This document shows positions 40,888-49,940 of a stretch of 64,000 nucleotides of DNA, piece by piece. The position numbers and the translations under genes are program-made. The stretch lies in contig JAHLVW010000025.1 in NCBI GenBank assembly GCA_019058275.1, forward strand, positions 1 through 64,000, read 5' to 3'. Within the stretch, counting starts at the first letter, position 1, and every line of letters begins with the position of its first letter. Under the pieces are notes generated by a model. That model had not been told where the DNA came from. It saw nothing but the letters and a program-made list of their open reading frames with translations, and made no database searches. This DNA comes from Candidatus Heimdallarchaeota archaeon. GTDB lineage: Archaea > Asgardarchaeota > Heimdallarchaeia > JABLTI01.

Positions 40888-41022
40888 ATCTCATCATCGG
40901 CAACTAAAGAGAAAGATAATAACTCAAGTACTAAGGGGGCTGAGATGCATCTATTCACTTTCATGAGCAATGCTAACTCATAGAGTACAACCAGCTCAAA
41001 AAATTGGGACAGCTAGGAACAT
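40888..41022 (-). ncRNA. Putative structured ncRNA, copy A (unknown family)
   Basis: Homologous to 57245-57375 with compensatory changes in several helices; ends in a U-rich tract on the minus strand. Confidence 0.65.
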
Positions 41023-41066
41023 AACTAGAGAATAAGACAGTGAAAAAAACTGTTAGGAGATAAAAC

Positions 41067-41178
41067 TGGCGCCCCGATCGGGATTTGAACCCGAAACTGG
41101 TCAATGAGGTTTTTTTCTTCTCATTCATGTCCATCGGGTGACAGCCGAAGATGATAGGCCGTACTACACTATCAGGGC
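41067..41178 (-). tRNA. tRNA-Asp(GUC) with a 34-nt non-canonical intron (41095-41128, about position 48/49) and encoded CCA
   Basis: Acceptor GCCCUGA/UCGGGGC, anticodon loop CU-GUC-AC, T arm UCGGG-UUCAAAU-CCCGA; removing the insert gives a 78-nt cloverleaf. Confidence 0.92.
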
Positions 41179-41285
41179 ACATTAGTTTTTTTCTGTTATT
41201 TTTTCCTTTTTAATCTTTTCTAAGAATATGTGTTATTCAATTTTACGTCTACTACTTGTATTGATTTTAACTGTCTAACAGACAT

Positions 41286-41879
41286 TCATTTTATGTTATC
41301 TTTCAATAGTTTGATTGCTTCTTCTCTTGCTTTAAGTAATGTTCGTCTTTCAATTCCTTCCATTTCCTGAGATGATAGTATCTTTTCTGTTAACACCTTT
41401 GTAAATAGGAGGTATTCATCTTTTCTACTTATGTATGGAATGACTTTTTCTTCGTGAATAAATTCCTCGATAGAGGTTTTTTTTCCATTATTATTTCCTT
41501 CGGTCAGATCAAATCTGAATTTAGCATAGACTAAAAAACAATGAACCATTGGAACGTATGGTATATTATACTTTATCAAAATCTTATCTAGTCCTGTTGA
41601 AATAGCTTCTGTCAGTTTGTAAATTCCCACTTTTTTGTAAAGTGATATTTTGAGTTCTTCTGCAAGACCGGCAATAACTCCATGTTTGGTTGTACAGCTA
41701 CACATATTTTCTAAAAATAATATCATTTTATCATCTTTGTCGCTGTTATATCCATATTTTAGATTATGAACATATAGACATGCTTCTTGGAAAGTTTCTA
41801 TACATAGATCTAAGAATTTCTGACTTATCTCTCCAGATGATGTTATTTTCGCTTTAGGTAGATTTTCATAAGAATCCAT
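41286..41879 (-). CDS. Hypothetical protein with a possible transglutaminase-like Cys/His/Asp set
   Basis: SCTTKH...HCFL...DLT; the family is not firmly recognised. Confidence 0.6.
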   Translation of the reverse strand: MDSYENLPKAKITSSGEISQKFLDLCIETFQEACLYVHNLKYGYNSDKDDKMILFLENMCSCTTKHGVIAGLAEELKISLYKKVGIYKLTEAISTGLDKILIKYNIPYVPMVHCFLVYAKFRFDLTEGNNNGKKTSIEEFIHEEKVIPYISRKDEYLLFTKVLTEKILSSQEMEGIERRTLLKAREEAIKLLKDNIK

Positions 41880-42002
41880 AATTAAGCTAAAGCAGTTTTT
41901 TCATATAAGATTGCTGTTTTAGAAACTATTTTCTCGCCGAAATTAGCTCTATATTTCTTAGATGATTTTAGATTTAAAAGAGAAGATCAGTTATCTTATT
42001 TG

Positions 42003-42725
42003 TCAGATATTTAATTTCCGTTTTAGATCCACACCTCGAATAATCCTGAAGTGCAAATATAGCAGAAATCCACCTATTACTAATGTTGACGCTAATACGT
42101 ACAATGACCAACTGACAGTAAATCGTTGCTTTAAAAAGCTGGAAATGATGAAATCGACTCCTAGACAAATAACTCCAATGCCAAATAGTATGAATGATGC
42201 AATATTCAATCCCTTATTCTTAACAGAAATTGAAGTTATTACAACTGCAATAATTATCGTCTCTACTAACGCTACCATAGGCAATCCTACTCGTAAATAC
42301 CAATCGATTCGTCCGTTATCTATTAAATCTATAACCAAGAGGAAAACAAAAAGTGGGAGTGCTTCTCCTATTAGTAAAATCGTTAGTTTATCTGGGAATA
42401 GTAATGGCATTGAAATAATGAGCCAAACCAGTATTAGTGAAGCAATTGAGTAAAGTGACCAGCTTACAGTTTTATTAATAATTAAATCAGTAAACAAAGT
42501 GATTAGTAATGGAATTATTAGTGTAACGCTAGCAATTTCCCAAATTAGTTTGCGTCTTTGTTTTGCAGTTCTCCCTGGTTTACTTGGTCCTAGTGCAGGT
42601 TCGTCTGGGTACTTTTTTGTATATTCAACAGGTTCTTCATCAGTTTCTTGTATTGGTGATCCGCATAGAGGGCAATGTGTTTTATGTGGTTCAATTTCTA
42701 CTCCACATTTGCTGCAAAATGACAA
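42003..42725 (-). CDS. Zn-ribbon plus multi-pass membrane protein (DUF6320-like)
   Basis: CSKCGV...CPLC followed by about 6 TM helices with repeated SWSLY. Confidence 0.75.
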   Translation of the reverse strand: MSFCSKCGVEIEPHKTHCPLCGSPIQETDEEPVEYTKKYPDEPALGPSKPGRTAKQRRKLIWEIASVTLIIPLLITLFTDLIINKTVSWSLYSIASLILVWLIISMPLLFPDKLTILLIGEALPLFVFLLVIDLIDNGRIDWYLRVGLPMVALVETIIIAVVITSISVKNKGLNIASFILFGIGVICLGVDFIISSFLKQRFTVSWSLYVLASTLVIGGFLLYLHFRIIRGVDLKRKLNI

Positions 42726-42737
42726 TGCTATTATCTC

Positions 42738-44084
42738 CTAATTTGTTTCGATTCTTATTTCTATTCCTTCTTTAACAAGCTTTCTAAAGAAGGTTTTTTC
42801 TACGATTGTTTCTTTTATTGTTCTTCCCCAGCTTATGTATAGATTTTCTTCATAGCTTACAACAGCACAACCTGTTTTTGTGACTGGACTTGGTGCTGGG
42901 AAGAGATGAATATCACTAATTTCGTTATTTAATGGTTCTGGTAATGATACTTTACCTAAGTTAGTGATTACTCCTGAATATAGAAATTCCCCTTGTCCGT
43001 TATAAATGACTTTACCAAATAGCTTCTTCAGAAACAATGGAGTATATCTTACTATTGGGTTTAATTCTCCTCTTACATTTCGAGCAATCTGCTGATTTAT
43101 GTATTTATCAGAAACCTCTAATCGCATGTAATGATATACTTGCTTCAAAATTTCTTCAAATGAATACTTACCTAATCTTGGATCAATAAATGGAGTTACA
43201 TATAATGAGAAGTTTCTCATGGTCTTAGATGGATAAATTCTTCTTAGATTTACAGGAACCATTAATCGTATTGGTTTTAGATTCTTCTTTAGCACTTTCA
43301 AAGGTAAGCTAAACAACACTTCTTGTAAAGAATCCAAGTATATTGCTGTTAGGTATTCAGTAAGAGTAACATTCAATTCCTTTGATTTTTGAAGCACTTG
43401 TTTTATTGGCATTATACCTGTTAAGATGTTATAGACCCCTTTAGGTTCCAATTTGTATGGTAAATGAAATGCTTTTGAGATACGTTTTGGATCAGGAATT
43501 TCTTTATGATAATTCTTCCTAAATGCATCTTCATATTCTTCTTTATGAGGTTCTTCCCCAGGTCGAAAAATATCTTGCCAATCATTGATTTCTAAACCCG
43601 TTAATCTTAGATATTCACTTACTAGAGATTTCAAAAAAGTTAGTGCACCTCTCCCATCTGTTATACTATGATGGAATTCAACTGCTATACGATTATAAAA
43701 TGCTCTTACTCTAAATGGGAATATTCCTTTCTTAGTTATTGGCATTTTTTGACTTGGATATTTTGAGTCCTTTATGATTGTTGGTTTTCCACTAGTATAT
43801 TCCCAATAATTCCAAAATAAACCTCTTTGTAGATTAACTCTATAATATGGAAATCTTACAATTATGTTTTCAAGTGTTTGTTGTAATAGTCCTACATTTA
43901 TGGAGTGTTTTAGAGTAGCAGTCATTCTAAATAGACAAGGAATTCTTGATGATGTAACTAGAGAAAATATTGTTGCTGCGTTATCTAATTTATAAGATGT
44001 TGGAATTTGATTCTCGTCTGTTACCTGGGAGTTCTGATGATCCAATGATGTATGAGAATCACTATTACTTTGTCTTGAATTCAT
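42738..44084 (-). CDS. Alcohol acetyltransferase / condensation-domain acyltransferase
   Basis: LDNAA.IF, FHHSITDG (HHxxxDG), VPVNLR...S.TMRNF, TNLG. Confidence 0.82.
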   Translation of the reverse strand: MNSRQSNSDSHTSLDHQNSQVTDENQIPTSYKLDNAATIFSLVTSSRIPCLFRMTATLKHSINVGLLQQTLENIIVRFPYYRVNLQRGLFWNYWEYTSGKPTIIKDSKYPSQKMPITKKGIFPFRVRAFYNRIAVEFHHSITDGRGALTFLKSLVSEYLRLTGLEINDWQDIFRPGEEPHKEEYEDAFRKNYHKEIPDPKRISKAFHLPYKLEPKGVYNILTGIMPIKQVLQKSKELNVTLTEYLTAIYLDSLQEVLFSLPLKVLKKNLKPIRLMVPVNLRRIYPSKTMRNFSLYVTPFIDPRLGKYSFEEILKQVYHYMRLEVSDKYINQQIARNVRGELNPIVRYTPLFLKKLFGKVIYNGQGEFLYSGVITNLGKVSLPEPLNNEISDIHLFPAPSPVTKTGCAVVSYEENLYISWGRTIKETIVEKTFFRKLVKEGIEIRIETN

Positions 44085-44202
44085 TTGTGTTCTTCCGGGG
44101 TTCTAGTTTAAAAATAAAATGTTGATTATTAACTTACTACTAGTTAAACAGCTTTTTGTAATTGTCCTCTTAACTCAAAGAATGAGTATTACAAAAGAAT
44201 AT

Positions 44203-45063
44203 TTAATCCAAAATTGTTTTTTGCATTAGCTCCAAAACAGCTAATGATGATTTTTGTGAATTTATTTTCTCTAATAATAATGGTAATATTATAGTTGTTT
44301 TTCTTAGTTTTTCAAATTTTATTGATTCATATTTTACATCATATAGAACTAACCCTTCAGCAGAAGCTGGTTTTATCCCACCTTTTGATACTGGAATTGC
44401 TGGAGTTAATACTTCATCAATGAAATCTAATGGATATCTATTGGAACCAACTGCTTGAATAAGGGAAACCATTTTGCGTACTTGTTTCCATAAGAAATTT
44501 CTTGATGAAAATTCATATTGTAGTAATTTCTGTTTCTTTAACAATTTTACATTTGCATTATCAATGGTCAAAACAGTAGATCTATCACTTCCATCAGGTA
44601 ATTTATCTTGCTTCTTACATAATTTTGCAAAATCATGAGTACCGTGCAGTTTTTTTAATCCCATTTTCATAAGCTTAATGTTCTCATTGCCATAGACTTG
44701 ATAGTATCTGTAAGTTCTTTTTGATGCATCTTTCCTAGCATTGAATTCAGTTTCAACCCTAGTTTTAGCCCAAGCAAAGATATCTTTTGGTAACTTATTA
44801 TTCAATTCTTCGAGATATAGCTCTTCTCTTTTGGAATTAAAAGCTATCACCTGACTTATTGCATTAACACCCTTATCAGTTCTACCAGCAGCAGAGTAAC
44901 GAGCAGTTGGAGCATCATTGATATATCCTAATTCCTCTAAAACATCAATAAGAGTACCTTCGATGGTCTTTATAGAATTAGGTTGCTGTTGAAATCCTTG
45001 ATAATCTTTTCCTATATAGGCTATCTTAAGAGCGAACCGAGTAACCATTTTGGTAGTCTCCAA
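44203..45063 (-). CDS. truA: tRNA pseudouridine(38-40) synthase
   Basis: GFQQQP, AGRTDKGV, FNAR, R.YRY, GTHDF, FLWKQVRKMV. Confidence 0.93.
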   Translation of the reverse strand: METTKMVTRFALKIAYIGKDYQGFQQQPNSIKTIEGTLIDVLEELGYINDAPTARYSAAGRTDKGVNAISQVIAFNSKREELYLEELNNKLPKDIFAWAKTRVETEFNARKDASKRTYRYYQVYGNENIKLMKMGLKKLHGTHDFAKLCKKQDKLPDGSDRSTVLTIDNANVKLLKKQKLLQYEFSSRNFLWKQVRKMVSLIQAVGSNRYPLDFIDEVLTPAIPVSKGGIKPASAEGLVLYDVKYESIKFEKLRKTTIILPLLLEKINSQKSSLAVLELMQKTILD

Positions 45064-45090
45064 AAAAAGCGTCAGAAAAGAGATAGAAAT

Positions 45091-45705
45091 TTAAATTACT
45101 GCATTGGCGAATTCTTCTTGTAAGTCAGCTTCGATTTTAGTTGCTAAATCACGACGAAACACTGGAGGGACGATACGTAGTTTAGTGATAAGCATGTCTA
45201 GTATTTGATCTACAACACTTTTTATGTCAAAAGGTTTAATTTCTGCTAATCCTTGAACGATAGATTCTTCGACAAATACCTTCACAACAGAAGAAATGAC
45301 CGCGAATGTTATACCATCTTTCTCTACATAGTACGGGAAATTTTTCCTGTCCCTTAATGTAAAGAAACCTAATTGTTCAGCAAGGGAGTTTACATACCAG
45401 TCAAGGCTTGTTTCAGTAACATTCAATCTATCAGCAAATTCCTTTTTTGAACCATGGTTAGGATAAGATGCTGGTAATCTGTTTACTACATACAATGCTG
45501 CAGCATTAAGAGCTTTCTGATCACGAGGGAAACCAGCTTTAGTAATATATTTTGCTACCACCTTTAAGGCAAAGACTTTGTATGATTCCTTAACTGCTTG
45601 GGAACTAAAGAAGTCATATGCACTTTTCAAGAATTTAATTGTCTCTTCTGTACTGGAGTGATCCCATAAAAAAAGGTCTGTTTTTCCAAATGTTTCTGCG
45701 TTCAA
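45091..45705 (-). CDS. Protein with a single TFIIB/cyclin-fold repeat
   Basis: KALNAAALYVVNR.......SKKEFADRLNVTETSL resembles a TFB core repeat; no Zn ribbon. Confidence 0.55.
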   Translation of the reverse strand: MNAETFGKTDLFLWDHSSTEETIKFLKSAYDFFSSQAVKESYKVFALKVVAKYITKAGFPRDQKALNAAALYVVNRLPASYPNHGSKKEFADRLNVTETSLDWYVNSLAEQLGFFTLRDRKNFPYYVEKDGITFAVISSVVKVFVEESIVQGLAEIKPFDIKSVVDQILDMLITKLRIVPPVFRRDLATKIEADLQEEFANAVI

Positions 45706-45789
45706 TATAACTTACCCTTATTTCTAATAGTAGAAATCTTTTTTATCTTTTATGCTTCTTGGAAATGAAGGTGTTTCCAATAGAAAAAA

Positions 45790-46266
45790 CTACTCTTGCT
45801 TCTTACCTCGAGTAAAAAACTTTTTCCAAAAAGGAATTTTATCTAAGGGCAAGTCCATTTTTGCATTCTGTGGTACAACTTTCAGTTCAACTAAATCCTT
45901 ATCAAAATCCATGAAGAGACTAGTATCATATGCGAGGTTGTTTAATTGAGGTTGGTATTTCTCAATGAAAATTTTGTGTGTATCCTCTAACTGTTTTTTG
46001 ATTTTCTCATCATCTTCCAATATAGGATTTGCTAATACAATTATGAGTTCATTACCCTCATCCACTTTGAAATCTAGTTTAAAATCATCAAAAATAACAG
46101 ATTTTATTCCTTTTTCACTAAATGTCTCTTTTGAAAATGAGAATAACGCTGCTAAGAATCCACTTTGTAAAGCATGATCTGGATGCATTTTACAAGTAGA
46201 CCCTCCATAGCATTTCGCAAATAATGGAACACCGGAGGTTTTCAAAATAATAACATCATCAGCCAT
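45790..46266 (-). CDS. Longin-domain protein (Mon1/Ccz1/Fuz first-longin-like)
   Basis: VIILKTSGVPLF...LQSGFLAALFSFSKE....IKSV; start reassigned to MADD. Confidence 0.72.
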   Translation of the reverse strand: MADDVIILKTSGVPLFAKCYGGSTCKMHPDHALQSGFLAALFSFSKETFSEKGIKSVIFDDFKLDFKVDEGNELIIVLANPILEDDEKIKKQLEDTHKIFIEKYQPQLNNLAYDTSLFMDFDKDLVELKVVPQNAKMDLPLDKIPFWKKFFTRGKKQE

Positions 46267-46319
46267 ATGTATTCCCCAATGATTTTTTTTTTTCATTTCA
46301 ACGATTAATTTTTTTTGTC

Positions 46320-47960
46320 TTATATCAGGTATCTTCCACATTTTATACAGTAAAATTTCTTGTATTGTCTAATATATTTAACATCTTCTCCACATATGGG
46401 GCAAGTGTTTTTGTTTTCTGAAGAATCTACGTAAAGTGTTTGAATTATTTTCTCTTCTTCTGGTTTTTCTTCTTGAGACATATCTTTCAATTCTGAAATC
46501 ATTGCACTTGATAATTCTGTTCCTATCACACCATCATCCAGACTTTCAGCTTCATCATCATCTTCTTCTATTGGTATCAATGGTTCTGCATCAGGAATAT
46601 CTACTAACTCATTGTCTGGGATTTCCAGTAGATCTATTATTTGATCTTCTTCATCAGCAATTTCTTCAGGTTCTTCTATTATAACCTCTTCACTTTCTGT
46701 TGTATCAGGTTGTGGAGATACAGTGTCTAGAATGCTTTCCAAAACCTTTTGATCTTGATCTAGTTGTCCCTCTTCTGTTGATTCAACAATTGGTATCATT
46801 GGTTCAGGCATAGCTGAATTGATATCTACGTCTTCACTTTCATTAGCATCTTCTAGTATCTCATCGAGAACGTCTGTTTTCTCATCAGCTTCCTCTATCG
46901 AAGTTTCTTGTTTTAGAACTTCTAGTTCATCTCTTACATCCGAAATATCCTCTATTTGCTCATCAACCTCAGATTTTAATCCATTAGCTTTTACATGAGA
47001 AATTTCTTCTTCTAAACCTTTTAATCGGTTAGTTAAACTATCTAGTTTAACATTGATTTGCTCCAATACGTTTTCTAACTCAGTGCTAATTTCAGGAACC
47101 TCTTCTTCAACATCCTGTTCTTCTATTGATTCTTTTGAGATTGTTATAGCTCGTTCTCCATCATCAGTCTTCTCTCTACCGATAATAATTTCATCAGTCT
47201 CATCTAGTACAGCCATTACTTCTGCTATAAGTTTCTCAGTTTCTTCTCCACTCTCATCCTCGAGCATTATAGATGCAGTTGAAGAAGGAATCGTATCTAC
47301 TATTTTAGATGTTGTTTTTACTTCAGCACTTACTTCCTGATGTTGCTGCTCGATAACTACTTGCTCCTCTGAAGCTTCAACAATTTCCTCTTTGGGCTTA
47401 AACGGACTAATACCTTCTCGCTCAAGTAAGCATTTTGCCATTAAATCGAATGCAACATCTATATTCTCACCAGTTAGAGCAGAAGTCTCAATATATTCAC
47501 ACTGTAAACCGGAGCTTTCTCTTAAAGCAAGAGCGTATTTTTGACCCATTTCGCTGGTTATCTCTCTTCTATCTATTAAATCAATTTTATTTGCACATAT
47601 GATGAAAATTTCTATTGTTCCATTTGAATATCTAATTGCTTCATCAACCCATGCTGATAAATCTCTCAAGGATTTTGGATTAGTAACATCAAAAACAAGA
47701 AAACAACCTGTGGCTCCACCATAGAAGCTTGATCTAATGTATTTGTACTTGTCTTGACCAGCTAAATCCCATACTTGAAAACCTATAGTTAAATCGCTTA
47801 ATTTGAGTTTGTAAGATGAAAAATCAGCACCAACTGTTGAAATATATTCTTCTGCGAAATGCTCACCCATGGCTCTTTTTCGAATTGTAGTTTTCCCTAC
47901 AAAACTATCGCCACAAAGTACTATCTTCCAGAGGAAGTCTGAGGATTTCTTTTCTTCCAT
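46320..47960 (-). CDS. Rab-like small GTPase with a long acidic/coiled-coil tail and a C-terminal Zn ribbon
   Basis: GDSFVGKT, YISTVGADF, WDLAGQ, YYG-like FYGGA, NKID, ETSALTG; CPIC...CIKC at the C-terminus. Confidence 0.88.
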   Translation of the reverse strand: MEEKKSSDFLWKIVLCGDSFVGKTTIRKRAMGEHFAEEYISTVGADFSSYKLKLSDLTIGFQVWDLAGQDKYKYIRSSFYGGATGCFLVFDVTNPKSLRDLSAWVDEAIRYSNGTIEIFIICANKIDLIDRREITSEMGQKYALALRESSGLQCEYIETSALTGENIDVAFDLMAKCLLEREGISPFKPKEEIVEASEEQVVIEQQHQEVSAEVKTTSKIVDTIPSSTASIMLEDESGEETEKLIAEVMAVLDETDEIIIGREKTDDGERAITISKESIEEQDVEEEVPEISTELENVLEQINVKLDSLTNRLKGLEEEISHVKANGLKSEVDEQIEDISDVRDELEVLKQETSIEEADEKTDVLDEILEDANESEDVDINSAMPEPMIPIVESTEEGQLDQDQKVLESILDTVSPQPDTTESEEVIIEEPEEIADEEDQIIDLLEIPDNELVDIPDAEPLIPIEEDDDEAESLDDGVIGTELSSAMISELKDMSQEEKPEEEKIIQTLYVDSSENKNTCPICGEDVKYIRQYKKFYCIKCGRYLI

Positions 47961-48286
47961 TCCATTTAAACATCCATATTTACCCGTAGAAATTTACTCT
48001 AGTATTAAATTATTTATCTCCATAGTTCTTTACTTTTTCCCTTTTTACATTTGTTCTTGCTCAAAATATATGTACTGGGACAAAAAATAACCTTTTTTTT
48101 GCTAATCTACCTTAATAGCTAGAAAACATCCCAATATTACAATCCCTTATTTTCAAGAACTGTTTATCTTTATCTACAGATAATGTAAGGTTATTCAGTG
48201 CTATTCTGGATAACTAGTGATATATGTTGAATATGGCATTGCTATGTGATCAATCATAGTTAACCTAAAACTGTATTATCTGAAAA

Positions 48287-49795
48287 ATGAATTTGAGCGT
48301 GAGACTGAAATTGGTATACGATCCTGACAGAAAATGCTTAAAATGCTACAAACGTCAAGGCTTTATCTTCTACTGTGAAGACTGTGGTGGAACATTTTGT
48401 AATGATTGTATAGTGTCTGAAAAAACTGATTGCACTTACTGTAGTAATTGCTCTCATATTAGTGTTGGTAGTAAATGTGAGAAGTGTGGGAATGTTAACC
48501 ATCTATCTGCAACAAAGAAAATAAGAAAATGTCCTATGTGTTCTTCAACTAAATTGAAAGATGTAAAGAAGAAAATTGGTGGTCTTACAAATGAATTTAT
48601 TGATACAGTTAATCGAATTTACAATGGGTTAAATCATATCAAGGGATTTGCAGATAATTATTCGGATATTGTTAATTTGGCAAAACAATTGAGGAGGGAA
48701 AGATTTGGATTATATCCGAACATTGAAACCAATTTGCTTCATATTCAAAATCAATTTTTTGAGATCACTCAAAGAGCAACTGAATTATTAGATAAGGTCT
48801 ACCAGCAAATTCATCAAGATTCACAATTGCTGTCATTTAATCAAAATCTTACTATTAACAAATTACCTCATATTGATAAAACACTTAAGATGATTAATAC
48901 CCATGTAATAAGTTATTCAAACATTATCAATGATTTTCTCGAAAAGCCTAGACTAGAATTAAGTGAGATTGGAGAAAAATTAACTGAACTAAAAGATTAC
49001 TCACTGCAATTTGATGAAGCATCAGATAAATTTGAACCAGAGCTATTAGAGTTAAAAATTGCTGTTTTCCCAAATATGAAAATTACTTTTCCAAAAGATA
49101 GGAAAAGAACAGGTATACTGTATGTGACAAATAAGCAATTGTACTTTTTGCCTTACTTCAAATTCATATTTAGATTTCGCGGAAAAGTTAAAGCTATTCC
49201 TATCTCTATGATTAGAGATGTAGAAACGAAGAGTAGCAAAATCTTCGGTAGTCAATTATTGATCAATATTCCAGACAAGAATCAAATCAAGATAAAATGT
49301 TCTGATGCTGTTGTTGATAGGCTTAATTTTACCTTTGGTATCTTATTTAACGAAAATGAAGGCTATGTTATAACTGATCCTTACATGATGGAGGAATATA
49401 GGTCTAGTTTGAATTACTCCTTGTTACAAGAAAAGGTTGAAAGGAGAATTAAAGACTTGAAACAAATTCCTTTCACAAAAACTATACCATTACAGCAATT
49501 CAGACAAAATGATGATACTAGAAGGTTTCTGGTTCAGGAATCCGAAGATGTCAAAAATCTAAAGATTGAGTTACGAGCAGCAAAGGACACTCTAAGAGAG
49601 CTAATTAAAGCTTTTAACGATAGAAGCATAACCCCAGAGGTTTATTTCTCAAGACGCGAAAAAACAAAACATAGAATTTTGACGTTAGAAGATGAACTAA
49701 AGGATGCTCAAAGATCTAGTATGGGGTTCTCTAGATTAAGAGATTTTGTTAATCACTATACTGGTACTTATACGGATGGACAACCTAGAAGATAA
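48287..49795 (+). CDS. Multi-Zn-finger / coiled-coil / PH(GRAM-GLUE)-like / steadiness-box-like protein
   Basis: Six CxxC pairs; GILYVTNKQLYF; AAKDTLRELIKAFNDRSITPEVYF. Confidence 0.65.
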   Translation: MNLSVRLKLVYDPDRKCLKCYKRQGFIFYCEDCGGTFCNDCIVSEKTDCTYCSNCSHISVGSKCEKCGNVNHLSATKKIRKCPMCSSTKLKDVKKKIGGLTNEFIDTVNRIYNGLNHIKGFADNYSDIVNLAKQLRRERFGLYPNIETNLLHIQNQFFEITQRATELLDKVYQQIHQDSQLLSFNQNLTINKLPHIDKTLKMINTHVISYSNIINDFLEKPRLELSEIGEKLTELKDYSLQFDEASDKFEPELLELKIAVFPNMKITFPKDRKRTGILYVTNKQLYFLPYFKFIFRFRGKVKAIPISMIRDVETKSSKIFGSQLLINIPDKNQIKIKCSDAVVDRLNFTFGILFNENEGYVITDPYMMEEYRSSLNYSLLQEKVERRIKDLKQIPFTKTIPLQQFRQNDDTRRFLVQESEDVKNLKIELRAAKDTLRELIKAFNDRSITPEVYFSRREKTKHRILTLEDELKDAQRSSMGFSRLRDFVNHYTGTYTDGQPRR

Positions 49796-49940
49796 CATTA
49801 CTATACCTTTAGAATCGTTCATAAAGTTAAGAAAATGTTAGAACCAATAGTTTTAATTTTCCTAAAAAATATTTTACTGTAGAAACAATTATAATCAAAT
49901 ATAAATCCCATATAATTAACATTTCAAGAGGTTTCCAACA

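Noticed and set aside
40783-40983. Short ORFs over the repeated element (40783-40983 +, 57167-57364 +, 57190-57402 -) sharing AEMH/MSNA or ALLM/CISA peptides
   Set aside because: Stops and 1-nt indels differ between the copies and the substitutions follow base pairing rather than codon position, so the peptide similarity is a by-product of nucleotide conservation.
40888-41022. H/ACA, C/D-box or Sm-site interpretation of the element
   Set aside because: There is no ANANNA hinge or ACA tail; AUGAUGA and AAUUUUUUG occur only in copy A.
40973-41182. 69-aa minus-strand ORF
   Set aside because: It overlaps the tRNA-Asp gene and is spurious.
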